Part shown: positions 46,711-60,453 of the stretch, in pieces
Layout of the letters: each line of letters starts with the position of its first letter
Position numbering within the stretch: the first letter of the stretch is position 1
Assembly: GCF_964355755.1 (NCBI RefSeq)
Contig: NC_092678.1
Span: 19,609,365 to 19,673,364, forward strand
Direction: 5' to 3'
Source of the DNA: Antedon mediterranea
Taxonomy: Eukaryota > Animalia > Echinodermata
DNA: 64,000 bases
Notes under the pieces: generated by a model
What the model was told of the DNA's origin: nothing
Databases searched by the model: none
What the model saw: the letters and a program-made list of their open reading frames with translations, nothing else
Made by a program: the position numbers and the translations under genes

Positions 46711-46866
46711 TTCCAAAATACGTCAACTTGAGGGCGCTATACTAATCCAAAATACCCGAGTCTTTCCAAAATACGTCAACTAATGTGGGCGCTATAAATT
46801 ATCCAAAATACGTCAAATTGAGGGCGCTATTCATTTGCCAAAATACGCGATTTGTCCAAAATACCT
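46711..46866. repeat. Cluster of short direct repeats (CCAAAATAC x6; G(A/T)GGGCGCTAT x3)
   Basis: Seen directly in the sequence. Confidence 0.8.
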
Positions 46867-48490
46867 CTTCAGACGCGCAACGGACGATGTACGACGCCCT
46901 CTTACATGAAAGGAAAGACACGTCGTAGTTTACCATTACGGTACACGGTCCACCGCTGCAACAACAGACTATTTATAATGATCCCATTGATGATGCGATC
47001 ACTTACAATTTTTCTTCAATCAATAAGCCACAGATTGCTCAAGTAATTTATTATTGTGTGTTGCTTTAGTAATGGAATAACACTTCTCCATCATCAACGT
47101 TGCGAATGCCATTGGTATTATTTTATTATTTTTATCGTCATCGAAACAGGATTGTGATTTTCAAGAAAGTTAATAATCCTATATAAGTACATCTTCGTCA
47201 AGGACTTTTCTTATAAGAACCAAATTATATTAACAACCACAGGTGAATATTATATTCGTTATCTTAATTAAATTATATATTTTTAAATGATGAGTTTTCT
47301 GGTGCTTGTAATGTCTCGATACATTAAATCAATCTAAATGCCGCGTCATATGCGGAATTATTTACCCTTTGGCGTAAATTTATTTTTTCACGGATACATA
47401 AAAAAGAAGAAAAGTACAGAAATTGCGCGTAATTCATTACTAAAGAAATTTCTCAATAAAACCTCGAAAACACTAAAAACCCGTTGTTGGGAGCGCGTTC
47501 AAATGTCTGAGTAGGTTTATACGCGCGGATTCAAATACGGATAACAATTACAAATCTGATACACACGCGTTCAAATGCAGATACTATACGCGCGCGTATA
47601 TCGATTAGCGACGTCATTGGCGCTTTTAACGTTATCTACTTTAAGATACTATACTAAATCAAAAGACAAATTACTGTGACAATGAATGGCAATGCTATGG
47701 GTATCAGTGGCTGGATCTCAATGGAAATACAAAATAAATAAGCAAACGCTAAATCAAAAAGGTAAAGAGAAAGAAATTGTACAGCTTTAACGGTAGCATA
47801 TTGATACAATATGCCAAGGGGTATTTTGGTTGAATTCAACATCTTGATTTACTAAAATCAAATATATAGCCTACTTAGGAAATAGGGTTTCTGGATCAGA
47901 AAGTCCTTAGAGGGAAATCCACTTTCTACCACATTTTCAGAGATTATGCGATAATATTATTATGTAGGGATTACAGCTTAGATCATCCGTAATGGAGTTG
48001 ATTGAATTTAAACATTATGGCGAAAAATGGTAAAGAGTGTTAAACAAGCAAGATAGAAACTATACTAGTTGAATATCATTATTTAAAATTCTGCCTTAAA
48101 AATGAGTATCTGTTTTTAATAAGGAAATAATGAAAAAACAAATACTCGAAGATATTGAATTCTTCCGAATTTGTTGCTGAATATTCATATTATAGATAAA
48201 ATCCAAAGGCAAATTACTGAAAAAATGACAATGCCGTGGGTATAATAATAATAATATATATTATAATATATTATAGAATTTGTGTCAGTGTAGGCCTAAT
48301 ACCTTGAGATCTATGTTATATTATTTAAGAATGAAATTACAAATTCAGTTAAAGTTATAATATTGGCACGTTTAAAATAATGATAAGACGTTATGTTCTG
48401 TTTAAAGGAAGATGTGTTCATTCATTTTTGTTGTTTTATCCGTGTTATATTTTTTAATGTTTTATGTTCTCATCACCGCTGTATAACCGT

Positions 48491-48838
48491 TCTTTGTATT
48501 AATGTTTAGAAATGGGGTTTCTGTAGATCTTTGTATTAATGTTTAGAAATGGGGTTTCTGTAGATCTGGTTTCTGTAGATCTTTGTATTAATGTTTAGAA
48601 ATGGGGTTTCTGTAGATCTTTGTATTAATGTTTAGAAATGGGGTTTCTGTAGATCTTTGTATTAATGTTTAGAAATGGGGTTTCTGTAGATCTTTGTATT
48701 AATGTTTAGAAATGGGGTTTCTGTAGATCTTTGTATTAATGTTTAGAAATGGGGTTTCTGTAGATCTTTGTATTAATGTTTAGAAATGGGGTTTCTGTAG
48801 ATCTTTGTATTAATGTTTAGAAATGGGGTTTCTGTAGA
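48491..48838. repeat. Minisatellite, ~9 x 37 bp
   Basis: Unit tctttgtattaatgtttagaaatggggtttctgtaga, with one partial unit near 48565. Confidence 0.97.
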
Positions 48839-50583
48839 CAGTTTTTAACTGTAATCTTTATCAATTTAAATATAATCGTCATAAAAGAAAATGTTTTCGT
48901 TTTTTTATATAATTATATATTCATAGGTATATTTTACTTTTCGATATGTTTTGAAGTAAAGAATAAAGAATAACTATAGAAAATAGAAACACGTTTATTA
49001 TTTTTTACCGATATGATTAAAAATGTGATTATAATATTATCGCTTGGTTATAATTATAGTATATTTAAAGCCACAATCAGCAAAACAATATAGAATATTA
49101 TTGTTGTTGACTCTGTTAGGCCTATTACGGCATTATACTACTGTATGACCATTAAAAGTCAATGTATCACGTAGAACTAGAAAGTTGTGTTGTAAATAGC
49201 ATCCATATGTATAATTCAAATGATAACTTTATACAGTATTAATTGATTAACTCGTTTTTAACAGTATTTTTGTAACTTTATTTTATTATTGGCGTAGCGT
49301 TTGTGCAGTTTGATGCATTTTACTTGTAGTTTCATTGTCCTAATTATGCCAAGAAAAATGAATTTACATTTTTAAGTGGACCAATACAATTGCTTGAATC
49401 TTGAATGTATCTATTTATAAGTTAGTTTAAGTTGATTATCGCGACCTTGCAAGATATTGTGGTGATCACCACTTGAGTGATTTGATTCCTTCCGATTTCA
49501 TAGTAATCCAAACATTTCCTTCAATCCCGTTTTTTTATATTATTTAAATAGAGGATACAACTAAATATAACTCTTGCACCTGTGGTAAACATTGATAACT
49601 TTTATTTATTTTCGTTATCTAGATAGCTATTAGCTATACAATAATTATTTTTTTCTATCTCTCTCTCCCACTCTCTTAATCGGCGATTTTACATATCTTT
49701 CCACTTTTATTGATGATGTTCAAATTTGTAAATCTTGAAAAACTGCTAATTTTTACCTTATATACGCTGACATTTTTTGGTGATTTGATTTGGTGAGTTT
49801 TGGTATATCTTGTCAAATAAAACAATCTTAGGCATTTTTCGTAATCCTCCGACATTTTCTGTGAGTATTGATTAGTTTCCTATTTGGACGTACAGTATAG
49901 AATAAAATGCACTGTATCATTATAGCATTGGTTGCTACTTGGACGCAAGGTGAGAGAAAGGTAAGCGCACCGAAATCAATTTGACCAATCAGGACGCAAT
50001 GGATCGCCAGAACGTTTGCCTTTGATTGGTCAATTCATATGCGTCGAGTCCACGTTCTTGTGTTGCGTCCCTGTTGGAACCAAACTTTACATTATTTCTT
50101 TCTTTTTTTAATTTGTCTATGATATTAAACAAATTAATTATTATTATTATGCCACTTGCCTATTGTGGCGAATCGGCTATGACATCATTCATAATAAAAT
50201 GTAATAGTTAATTATATCTCAACCGTAGGTTATGATAGTAAATAACGATTATTTATTTACCTGACGTTTCGTCCACTATCAGTTGGATTCCTCAAAGTGT
50301 AGTCACTTCATTCATAATGTATAAACCTAATGTCTTTTTCAGATGTTCTCTAAAACAAAGGAATATCTATTGTTGAAAACAAAAGTTTGTTTTGATGATG
50401 TCATGCGTAAACGTGCTGCAAACTATACCGGATTATCAAACCCGTAAATAACCTTGAATAACCTTGAATTTGAAAGAAGATAATAAATCAACACAAAAAC
50501 GGACGGAACCATTCTTAAAAACGTTCTTGTACGATCCGGTTAAAGATCTCATAATTAGTTGTTAAGTAATAACATTTACCAAA

Positions 50584-53500
50584 ATGGTATCTACAAGAAA
50601 AACCTTAATGTTTTGTTTTTTTAAAAGTTTAATTTTGTTACTTACTGTGGATTACACCATGGCGCAGAATAATACTATAGTTCTGGGCGGAATGTTTCCA
50701 GTTCATACAAGCAGCGAGGACGGGCAAACGTGCGGACCACTGCGGGAGAGTGGCATACAACGCCTGGAGGCGATGTTTTTTGCAGTCGATCAGATCAACG
50801 CAAATACGAGCCTCTTGCCAGGGATACATCTTCAGGCTAAGATGTACGACACGTGTCGGCTGGAAACATACGCGCTGGAGCAGACGGTAGAGATGTTCAG
50901 TAGTTCGAATCTGTATACCAACGCGGGAAGTACGTATGTATGCCCGGATGGTAGCAACCCCAAGGTGAATGAAGATCAACAAGCCGTTGGTATCGTAGGA
51001 GCTTCCAGTAGCTCAGTTTCTCAAGCAGTAGGAAGCATTTTACGTGTCTTTAAGGTAAATACTTTATATAATAAAACCTCTATTAGGCGAAGTAAATCAT
51101 TCTTCTGTAGAAGGCCTCTATAGCTATCTTCTTCTTCCAAACTCCTGCAGTTTCCAAGATTTGTACTTCATAATCTTTTGATTACCTTATCAGCAGACAT
51201 TTTCCTATTCCTGACTTCTTTTTTATTTGGAAACGCCTTTTTAATCTTTAATCTTTCTAATTCTACATAACTAACATTGGTACGGATGTTAATTTCTAAT
51301 TATCAGGTTCCACAAATAAGTTATGCATCCACTAGTCCAGAACTAAGCGACAAGACACGATATGACTATTTTCTACGATTAGTCCCACCAGACACGTTCC
51401 AAGTTCAAGCCATTGTTGACGTCATTAAACGACTTGGTTGGAGCTATGTATCAACGGTTGCTTCTTCTGGCAACTACGGGAAAAATGGCGTCGACGCTTT
51501 TATTAATCAGACACGCAATGAAGGTATATTATTTCCTCTGAGTAAATGTTGTTCCTACATAAGTGTTCAGAGAAAATACTTACCATTGTCAGGTCTTGTG
51601 AATAGTTTAGGTTAATATTTTTTGTCCTAAGGTGTTAAGGCAGAACTTATAGAGGGCGCTACATTGTTAAAATATAGGGTACTAAATAATACATTTTATG
51701 TTTTGACATGTTTTTGTAGGATTTACAAACATGCTTATTTTTTTGTAGACATATGTGTTAGCCGGTCTGAAATAATTGAAAGCCAGACAGAAGCCACTTA
51801 CGAACGTGTAGTAAAATACCTAGCAGACGATCCGAAAGCCCGCGTTGTGATGGCCTTTGTCAACGAAGATGACGTTTCAGGCCTTTTACGGGCCGCCTCA
51901 AACAACAATTTAAAGGATCACTTTATCTGGATTGGAAGCGATGGCTGGGGGACAAAATCGTTTATGTTAGATGGCCTAGAAAAACAAGCGGAGGGAGCAA
52001 TCACGCTGGTACCTAAAAGATTCAATGTTGAAGGTAAAATGTAGATTTGTAGAAAAGTAGTCTTTTTTTTTACACAATAATTGTATCAACAATTGCGCAA
52101 CATAAGCAACTTCAACAATTACGCAACGCGTCCTCTAAATATATTTTATAGTAATTTAATCCGATATTACGATAGAAATAATATTGCATAATGTTATGAA
52201 TAAAATATATTAGGCCTATTATTTCATTCGTGTGTTGGTTAATGTCATTTCAAAATAGTTATACTTTTCATAATTAAGCAATACGACACCATTTGTGGTT
52301 ATTGTCAAATTAATTAACACTAATTTACTATTAACATTGATTGATTGATACATATGACAATTTAGTCCTACATTAATTATTAATTAGTTTTACCGTTGTG
52401 GCCTACCATACCGGTACACATATTTCAAGTGCTTTTATCCACAACCTTTGTATATTTATTATCAAAAAGCGATATATTAGGCCTATATTGATAATGCAAT
52501 GTACGCCTTTTATTTATTCAGTGAAAATTAGCGTAATATTCGATTTTATATTGAAGGGTTCGACGATTATTTCACCTCACTACATCCAAATAACAACAAG
52601 AGGAATATGTGGTTTAACGAATACTGGCAAACAGGTACGAAAAATATTACGCAACAGTGACGTAATCATATATTTAAGCATGTTTGAAACTAAATTGCGT
52701 TGTGACAGTTTTTGTATGTTACGCACGACTTCATGTGACAAACAAATGTGATGTGCTGTGATATGAACATGATGATGTCATATCACTACCATATTTGGGT
52801 ATATCACTACCATATTTGGGTATATCACTACCATATGTGGGCATATATAGACAGAGCTTTTGTAGGCCTATAAATGCATACTTTACAACGAAATATGGTT
52901 GCTTGCATTGAAAATTAATACATTTAAAAGGTACCATACATTCGGAAAAGAAAAAACGTATTACAATTGCTTATATTAAATTGATAATGTTACTGAAAAC
53001 ATCAACATTAGAGAGAGACAGACCTACGTCGTCCTGTAAAAGTTAAACCTTAATCCAGACCATATCATACTAACCTACCAGTAACAGTCTACACTATCAA
53101 CAAGTGTGATGTGCCCAAATATGGTAGTGATATGACATCACCATGTCCATAATAATGGGAATATCAAATTTTGTTGTCACATAAAGTTTGATAGTGTAGA
53201 CATAGCTTTATACGTAATTATTTCTACACAATTAATCACGCATAACTAAGTGTTGTACCAGCTATCACATACCACGACTTGCTATTATATAGTATAGTTT
53301 TTTTTTAAGAATCTAACAATATTACTGTGCGTGTATGTCATTAAGGAACAAGGTCAAAAACAGCCTCACTCTTCTTGGTGACTGATTCATCAATTTTATT
53401 TTTTTTATTAGTAAATTCATCAACAGAGTTACGTCACACACAAGAAGATAAAGTTGCGTTTGTTGTCGACTCGGTTTATGCGTTTGCATATGCGTTACAT

Positions 53501-56500
53501 GACATGGTTGACGCGTTACAACTAAATGAAGAATCTCTGAATGACGTGGCGTCCAATGGAGAATTACTACTACAATTTATCAAGAATGTAACTTTTGAAG
53601 GTAACGTTTATGTTTTAGGCTCTATCAAACTTTATGTGATATAAAAATGTGCCTATATATCGGCATGATGATCTCATATCCGACTACCTTATTTGGGCAT
53701 ATCACTATCATATTTGGGTACATCTACAAAACTAGTTTCATAGTGTAGACAGAGCTTTAAAAAAATAAATATCAATGTTAGTATTCACTTTGTATTGTCA
53801 TAGGCTAGAATAGTTATTACTGTGTGCCCTTCGCATGAACACAATTCAGTGACTATTCATGTTAGTGAAAACCTACGTATACTTTTATGCGTAAGCTTAC
53901 ATCCATAGCACTATGCGTTACTATTCGTGAAACATAACACAGATATAAATTTCAGCAAATAATTTTTAGGATACCTAATTAGAAATTTAGTATTATATTT
54001 AAAGACCCGGATATTCATATACACCTAATACAGGTGGTAAAATATACATTCGATCTCAATAGCAAAATTATCACGTACAATCACAAATAATAATTTTGAA
54101 AGTAAAATGCAATAAAAAGAATAAAAAAAAAAAACAATATATAGATATATAAAACAATTTATTCTTATTTAATGAATATTTAATTGTGCAGGGGTACGCG
54201 CGAGAAAAATCGCATTTCGATTGGTTGAAACAAATAAGATAAGACAATGTTTATTCCTGTCAGCGATAACAATAACATGTCAACACAGACAGTACAAAGG
54301 TGCAGTTTGTATACTATAAAGCCCAACATTTTCGCGGCCCTAAATTTTTGCGATTTAACATTTTTAACTATTTTGCGACCTTTTATTTTCACGATTTGAG
54401 TTTGTTGTGTAATTTGTTAAACCAAATTAGCGAATGTATTTCGCCTCCGCGATGTAATTAACGTCATTCAAAACAATTAAATAGCCCCGAGTAAAATTAC
54501 AGAATACACGATTGTAAATTTAGGGATGTAACTAGTAAACAAATTAATGTTTTGGCTACACAGTGGCTGACGCACGTGTTTAATAGGCTCTTAGATAGCG
54601 AACACCCACATAATGAATGTACTCTACCAAACCAAATTATTGTTCAAATAAATTATTCAAAGTATATTTTGAAACGTTTCCAAACTAATTTATCGTAACA
54701 TAAGGGGAAGACAACTTTAAAAGGCCAGTTAAAATGTTACGGATACAATACAAAAGGCACAATCGAAGTTTCATTACAAACATATTGAATGATAAAATTA
54801 CCCAATATAATGTGTATAGAGACCATAATTGTTTAGTAAACATTTTTAAAATAAAAAATTATTGTGTTTTTATGAAAAGTTACGGGTCTACAGGAGTATC
54901 TATAGACTAATCATCAATATACATAATATTATACAACCAATTGTTTTACTATGTAAAGCGTGGTTCCCAATAGCGACGCAACGCAAGGACGTAACGCAAC
55001 GCAAATAAATTGACCAATCACAAGCGATGGCTTATTCGCTTGTGATTGCTAACTGTCTATAACTTCGCTTGTCATTGGTTAAAACGCTTGCGTTGCGTTT
55101 ACGTCCTTGCGTTACGTTCTAGTGGGAACCAAGCTTTATTTCTCAACAAGTATGACGTACACAGATAGCGTACCTGCACATTTGTAAGATGCTTTCCAAA
55201 TCAAATAGAACATAATTTTAAGAAAATGTGCGTTATATTGTCTGACACTAAGCAATCCAATAGAGACTTAGGACAGACGTAGGCATAGAGACCAAATACC
55301 GTACTACTATATAGTATCTCCCGTACCTTAGAAACTCCAGAGATTATGGAAACAAATCCAGGCCTACTCAAAATGATGAGAAAAAAAACTAAGTAGTACA
55401 CGTATGTATACCGTGATTCGTCAACAAGTAAGTAATTACCAAATTGGTTAAGCGACCTAATTTATATCTTAATAATTAAAGTCCACTCTACTATTATCTG
55501 TTGTTGTAACAAGTACGTCGTGTTATTACAAATCAAAAGGTCATTTTGTGATTGTTAATACAATAATAATATTTTCATAACTTTAAAAATGATTCTATTC
55601 CGTATTCATATAACATGCCTACTTTAATAGGATTATAATTGTATAATACTGCGAAGTACTAGTAATTTGATCGTGATATTGTCTGGCTGACATCCAATCT
55701 GTCTAATTCAACATGGAGAGTTTTCTTCAATTAGCAATGGTGTGGTTGTATGCAGCATTGTGATTATCCTTAAAGGCATGAATTTCAGATATAATATTCG
55801 ATGAAAATAAATTTAAAAAATAGTATTTTGTTGCATTAAAAAATGAATTTCTCTTAAAATGGTAAAATACAAAATTAGCAACATTATGCTATAAATATGC
55901 CATTATCATTTTTTCTCTAACCCAAAAATTTAAAAATTCAATGCAGTGTAATTGAGGACACAAAATTAATTTGAATTTGACTTGAGTGAAAAGGTCCAGC
56001 TTAACAGTAATACCCATTAAATAATGAAGTCTATTTGCTGTTACAAGTGTTCTGAAATATTCTTAAAACCTATCAACTTCGGTGAAGCAATCATTTTGGC
56101 TCCATTAGTTAATGAGTATTATGATACTGTGAAGTGTTCATAACAAAATATTTATCCTATTAACTTCAACAAGCAAATTAAGTGTGTGTTAGCAAATTAC
56201 TGAAGACAAAACAAAGACAATGTGGATGGTAACAGTGAGCTGATTTCAGTAAGAGAACATGCCAAAATGATACTACAGCAGTTATTGCAGCCTAACTACA
56301 ATTTGTTTACTTAACTTAATAACTTAACTTTACTTAATGTTCATGCAATTATAAGCTTTTTTGGTAATTACAGTATACACACTTTATAATGCAATGACTG
56401 TGCATCGAACATTGTAACATACTAAATTCATACAGTAAAACATAGTTACTGCAGTAACCGAAGTAGAACAAGACAAGATGTAAACAAAACAAAGAAGAGA

Positions 56501-59500
56501 AAAGAAATATATCGTCGTCAATCAACGATTAAAAACAAAACTTAATGATAAATTTTCTGTATTGTAACATTTACCTGAATAAAATGAGGTGATTTGTTGT
56601 GGTTTTGATTTCAACCCTTCCTTCCTAATTCCATTACTTTGCAATCTAATGTTTCAAGTACTTACTTCCTGAATGTATGTAAGGGATCATGTTAATATTA
56701 TTATACTGCAGTTACTGCAGTATCTACATTTTCCCAAGTCCTACTCTTACAACAGGAACGACGTAGCGGTAACACACATACATACGGCCATACTGCGTTG
56801 AAACACCGGTTCTCGTCAGATCACCGAAGTTAAGGAACCTTGTGCCCGGTTGCGTTCTGGATGGGAGACCGTCTAGAAATCGTGGCGGGTGCTGTATATA
56901 CTGGAGAGTGATGGTGTAATGGTAATATCGGACTAGCATGTGATAGGCATGGGTTCGAGGTTATCTGTACCATACTAATTGCATCCTTAGGCAAGATGCT
57001 TTACTCTCATTGCCTAATCTGGTAGGCGCTGCACTGCTGGCTGCCGTGGGTCCGTGGAGGTCCTAATCCGAATTTCCTCACTGAGGACAAATATTAATAC
57101 AAAATACAAAAAAAAAACAACAAAATAAATACAAAACAATTTCAGATTCTGCAATTTACCATCTTGGTACTGCGCATTGTTCTTAAAAATTTAAGCATAT
57201 CTCACTTCTAGTATATGGCAAATAAAGATAATACAGATTTATTATACTGTCCCATGAACAATTTAGTGATTAACCTTTAATAAAAATACAAGATGACTAT
57301 TTAAATTGCATTAATCTTAATTTTTCATGGTTTTGGGGGCAAATAAATCTGTAATATGTTTGTTTTCAGTATAGAGAAAAAAAACAAAAACAAAAAACAC
57401 CCCCAAAAACACCATCATATACACCATATAACTCGGCTGTAGGGCCTACACATGCACAATATGTATGGAATTATCAGTTGTGTCAATTTCTATTTGTCTA
57501 TAGGAAAAGGATCGTCTTTTGTTCAGTTCAATGAAGATGGAGACAGACTTGGAGAATATCAGATATTTCAGTACCTTTACAATACGGCTACTGCAAAGTA
57601 TGAATACACGGAAATAGGACATTGGCAATCCGGGCACTTAGAACTCAACGCATCAGCTCTCCACTGGCACAACGGTGTAAAGCCGGAGTCCGTCTGCGCA
57701 GAACCATGCGCAAATGGTGAAATTCGTAAAAGTGAGGGCGGTGTTTCGTGTTGCTGGGTGTGCACATCTTGCCCGGAAAATTCGTTTCAACAAAACGAGA
57801 CATCTTGTGTTTTGTGCGAATTGGGATTCAAACCAGGAGTTAACAAAAGTAGATGTGTTGAAATTGAAGCGGATTATTTAAAATGGTCTAATCCTTCTGT
57901 GATAATCCCAATTATCCTTGCATCCGTTGGAATGGTCTTGACGTGTCTAACCACAGCGGTGTTTATACGTTTCAACTCGACACCTGTTGTTCGCGCGTCG
58001 GGAAAAGAACTAAGTTATATTATTCTAGGCGGTATTTTATATTGTTACATTGTGCCATTTTTCATTTTATCTCGGCCAACAGCGTCGACTTGTGGTCTGC
58101 TTCGATTCAGTCTAGCGCTGTGTACTGTAATCTGTTACTCAGCACTGTTGACGAAAACCAATCGTATTTCGAGAATCTTTAATAATAGTGTTCGAAGCGC
58201 TAAACGCCCAAGCTACACCAGCCCTCAGTCTCAAGTAATGATTTGTACGTTGTTGATATCAATTCAATTTGTTGCCGCAGCGATTTGGTTGGCGGCAGAC
58301 CCACCTCAGGCCGTAGAAACATTTCCGAATCCTGAAACGGTTGTGTTGCGTTGTAAAGTTTCAGACCACGCTATAACTGTAATGTCTTTGATGTACAACT
58401 TTGTATTGATAGTGTTGTGTACCGTCTATGCGTTTAAAACTAGAAAGATTCCGTCAAACTTTAACGAGGCAAAGTTCATAGCGTTTGCCATGTACGCAAC
58501 GTGTCTTCTGTGGATAGCGTTTATTACTGTGTATCTTGGTACATCAGACTTGAATTACGAGGTAGGTTAATTAGGTATCGCTCTTACCTGATCTAATCAC
58601 TACGCATGCGCCGTAGACCCTATTTTACTGTTAAGAATTCACACTTCTAACACATGTTCATCGAAAGACCTTTCTGATCTGTCCTAGAAAAAATACATCT
58701 ACAATGTTTCTAATGTGTTTACATTGTAAAGAAAGGCGTTTGCAAAATCAATGATCCAAATTTACACTGATGAACAGGAAGATATTGATTACAGTACTTC
58801 CACTATCCTGTTTGTTTGAAACCATCAAACACTCAAATTAACTCATTGATAATTTGTGAATTGATACAAAAGGAAGACCATTTGCCTACTTATAATACAG
58901 TATTCGAATTTTCTAAAAAACCATAGATCTAGAAAAAATCTGGTGGAAAAGTACAATAGTGTTTTCTATTTAAAAATATAGGCTAAAACTGCTAATCACT
59001 TTCTTTTAATACTTAAATTAGGCCTAAAAACTACACCGGAGCGTCCACTGATACGTTTGATAAGGGAATAAAACCGTGGTATGTTTAAATCAAGGAGAAA
59101 ATATGCCGACTTTAAAAGGGTGGCTGAAGTAGATCTGTCACAGTCTAGTTTACTGAATGTCTTTATAAATAAATACTTTGTTTACCACTAATTGTTTCTT
59201 TAATTTTAAAAAAGAGGGATGTCGAGTGTTCTAAAGAAATATTTGGGCGACAAAAATCTACAAAACTAATGTATCTATGTGATTGTAATTATTAAAATGA
59301 CACGCACTTATCCTGTCGTGCTGAAGGTTTAACCGTACTCTACACTACACCCCTTGAACCCAACATTGTCCCTTATTTTGGCGAAGATCAAAACCATTTA
59401 CGGTAAATAGAAATAAACAATCATGTAACAATGTCATTAATGAGTCATGCCAGTGCGTTAAGACGGGATAATCACTGAACGTCATGTGTTCCCTCTCATC

Positions 59501-60453
59501 AAATACTTCACTTTAGCTAATATTTCAAATGTGCTTTTTTTTGCATTCCTAGATTCAAGACGTAATGATGAGTTTAGTGGTAATGCTAAGCGCATCTTCT
59601 CTCCTTTTCTGCCTCTTCTGCCCGAAGGTATACATAGTACTCCTACAGCCCAATAAAAATGTACGCAGCTTAGGAAATTCCGGTACGCAAAAAACGCCAC
59701 AGACGGTGCATAGGAGTGTTGCGGGCCTGCGCGTTGCGGCCAGCATGGACAGTTTGTCAGCAGTTTCCGACGTTCAAGTTATATCGTGCTCTCATCAAAC
59801 AGCTGATGGTAGGTTTAATTGTTTTTGTACACATTAATTTTTTCAAGTGTCAGATATTAGGGAATAATGTCTTCTGCTAATGTTCCCCATAAGACACATT
59901 ATAGTAAAATACGTTTTAACTTTTCCTACCTTAAGTGACGTTATGGACATCGACATAAACGTTCACGTGGTATATGTTGTTGTGATAATTAATACATTAT
60001 ATAATTGTATGGTAATAATACTTTTTTTATACTTTTTTTCATCTCAATGAAGCCTATTACTAAAGTTGTGTACACTAAATATAGAGGGCAACATTTTCTT
60101 CAAAAAATATAATTATTAAAAGACCTAAAAACTTCGTGTTTCAGTATGCTTTCTATCACTAGACCTATGTCGTTATAATACAATTACTTCACACATAAGC
60201 CTAGAGTACAGTTGGAAAAACTCGGATTTGGTTTTCATTTCGGATGTTTTTCATCCATATCCGGTTCAACTTAATGTTACATAGCGCCCCCATAGGCCTA
60301 CATCCAAGAATTCATTCTTTTGTAATTATCTTAATTTATAGCACAATGTTAAACATTTTATTAACATGAATCAATACTATAATTTTATTATGCATTTTAG
60401 GAATGGGATTTCGTGGTGAAGGAGTGAGAAATGGCGATTTAACGAGGTTTTAA
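50584..60453 (+). CDS. GRM: Metabotropic glutamate receptor (class C GPCR, group II/III-like), 868 aa
   Basis: Exons 50584-51054, 51307-51523, 51749-52033, 52557-52634, 53412-53600, 57504-58561, 59553-59808 and 60401-60453 total 2607 nt in phase. Signal peptide, VFT ([23 protein letters not shown]), 9-Cys CRD, 7TM ([26 protein letters not shown]) and C-terminus LTRF. Confidence 0.93.
53085..53207. mobile_element. Harbinger-like MITE (GTCTACACTATCAA TIR family); further copies at ~52730-52858 and ~53617-53756
   Basis: Inverted ends gtctacactatcaa...tttgatagtgtagac. Confidence 0.65.
54957..55135. mobile_element. Harbinger-like MITE (AGC.TGGTTCCCA TIR family)
   Basis: Long imperfect TIR (tggttccca...acgcaaggacgtaacgcaacgcaa) with TWA flanks. 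Confidence 0.75.
56780..57138 (+). mobile_element. Composite SINE: 5S rRNA head + tRNA-like unit + CORE-like domain + LINE-like tail, in GRM intron 5
   Basis: 56780-56899 is a decayed 5S sequence (TACGGCCATAC...CTCGTCAGATCACCGAAGTTAAG...GGATGGGAGACC...GGGTGCTGTA). 56904-56971 has tRNA A and B boxes. CCTTAGGCAAGATGCTTTACTCTCATTGCCT is CORE-like. The element ends in an A-rich tail. Confidence 0.78.

Noticed and set aside
43556-48838. 35-bp and 37-bp repeats as CRISPR-like arrays
   Set aside because: The units are contiguous with no unique spacers, there are no cas genes, and the context is eukaryotic.
53005-53045. Candidate Cys-containing micro-exon in GRM intron 4
   Set aside because: No polypyrimidine tract, a weak donor and only one Cys. 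Exons 4 and 5 already join in phase.
56780-56899. Functional 5S rRNA gene
   Set aside because: Many substitutions and indels, no T-run terminator, solitary, and fused to SINE modules.
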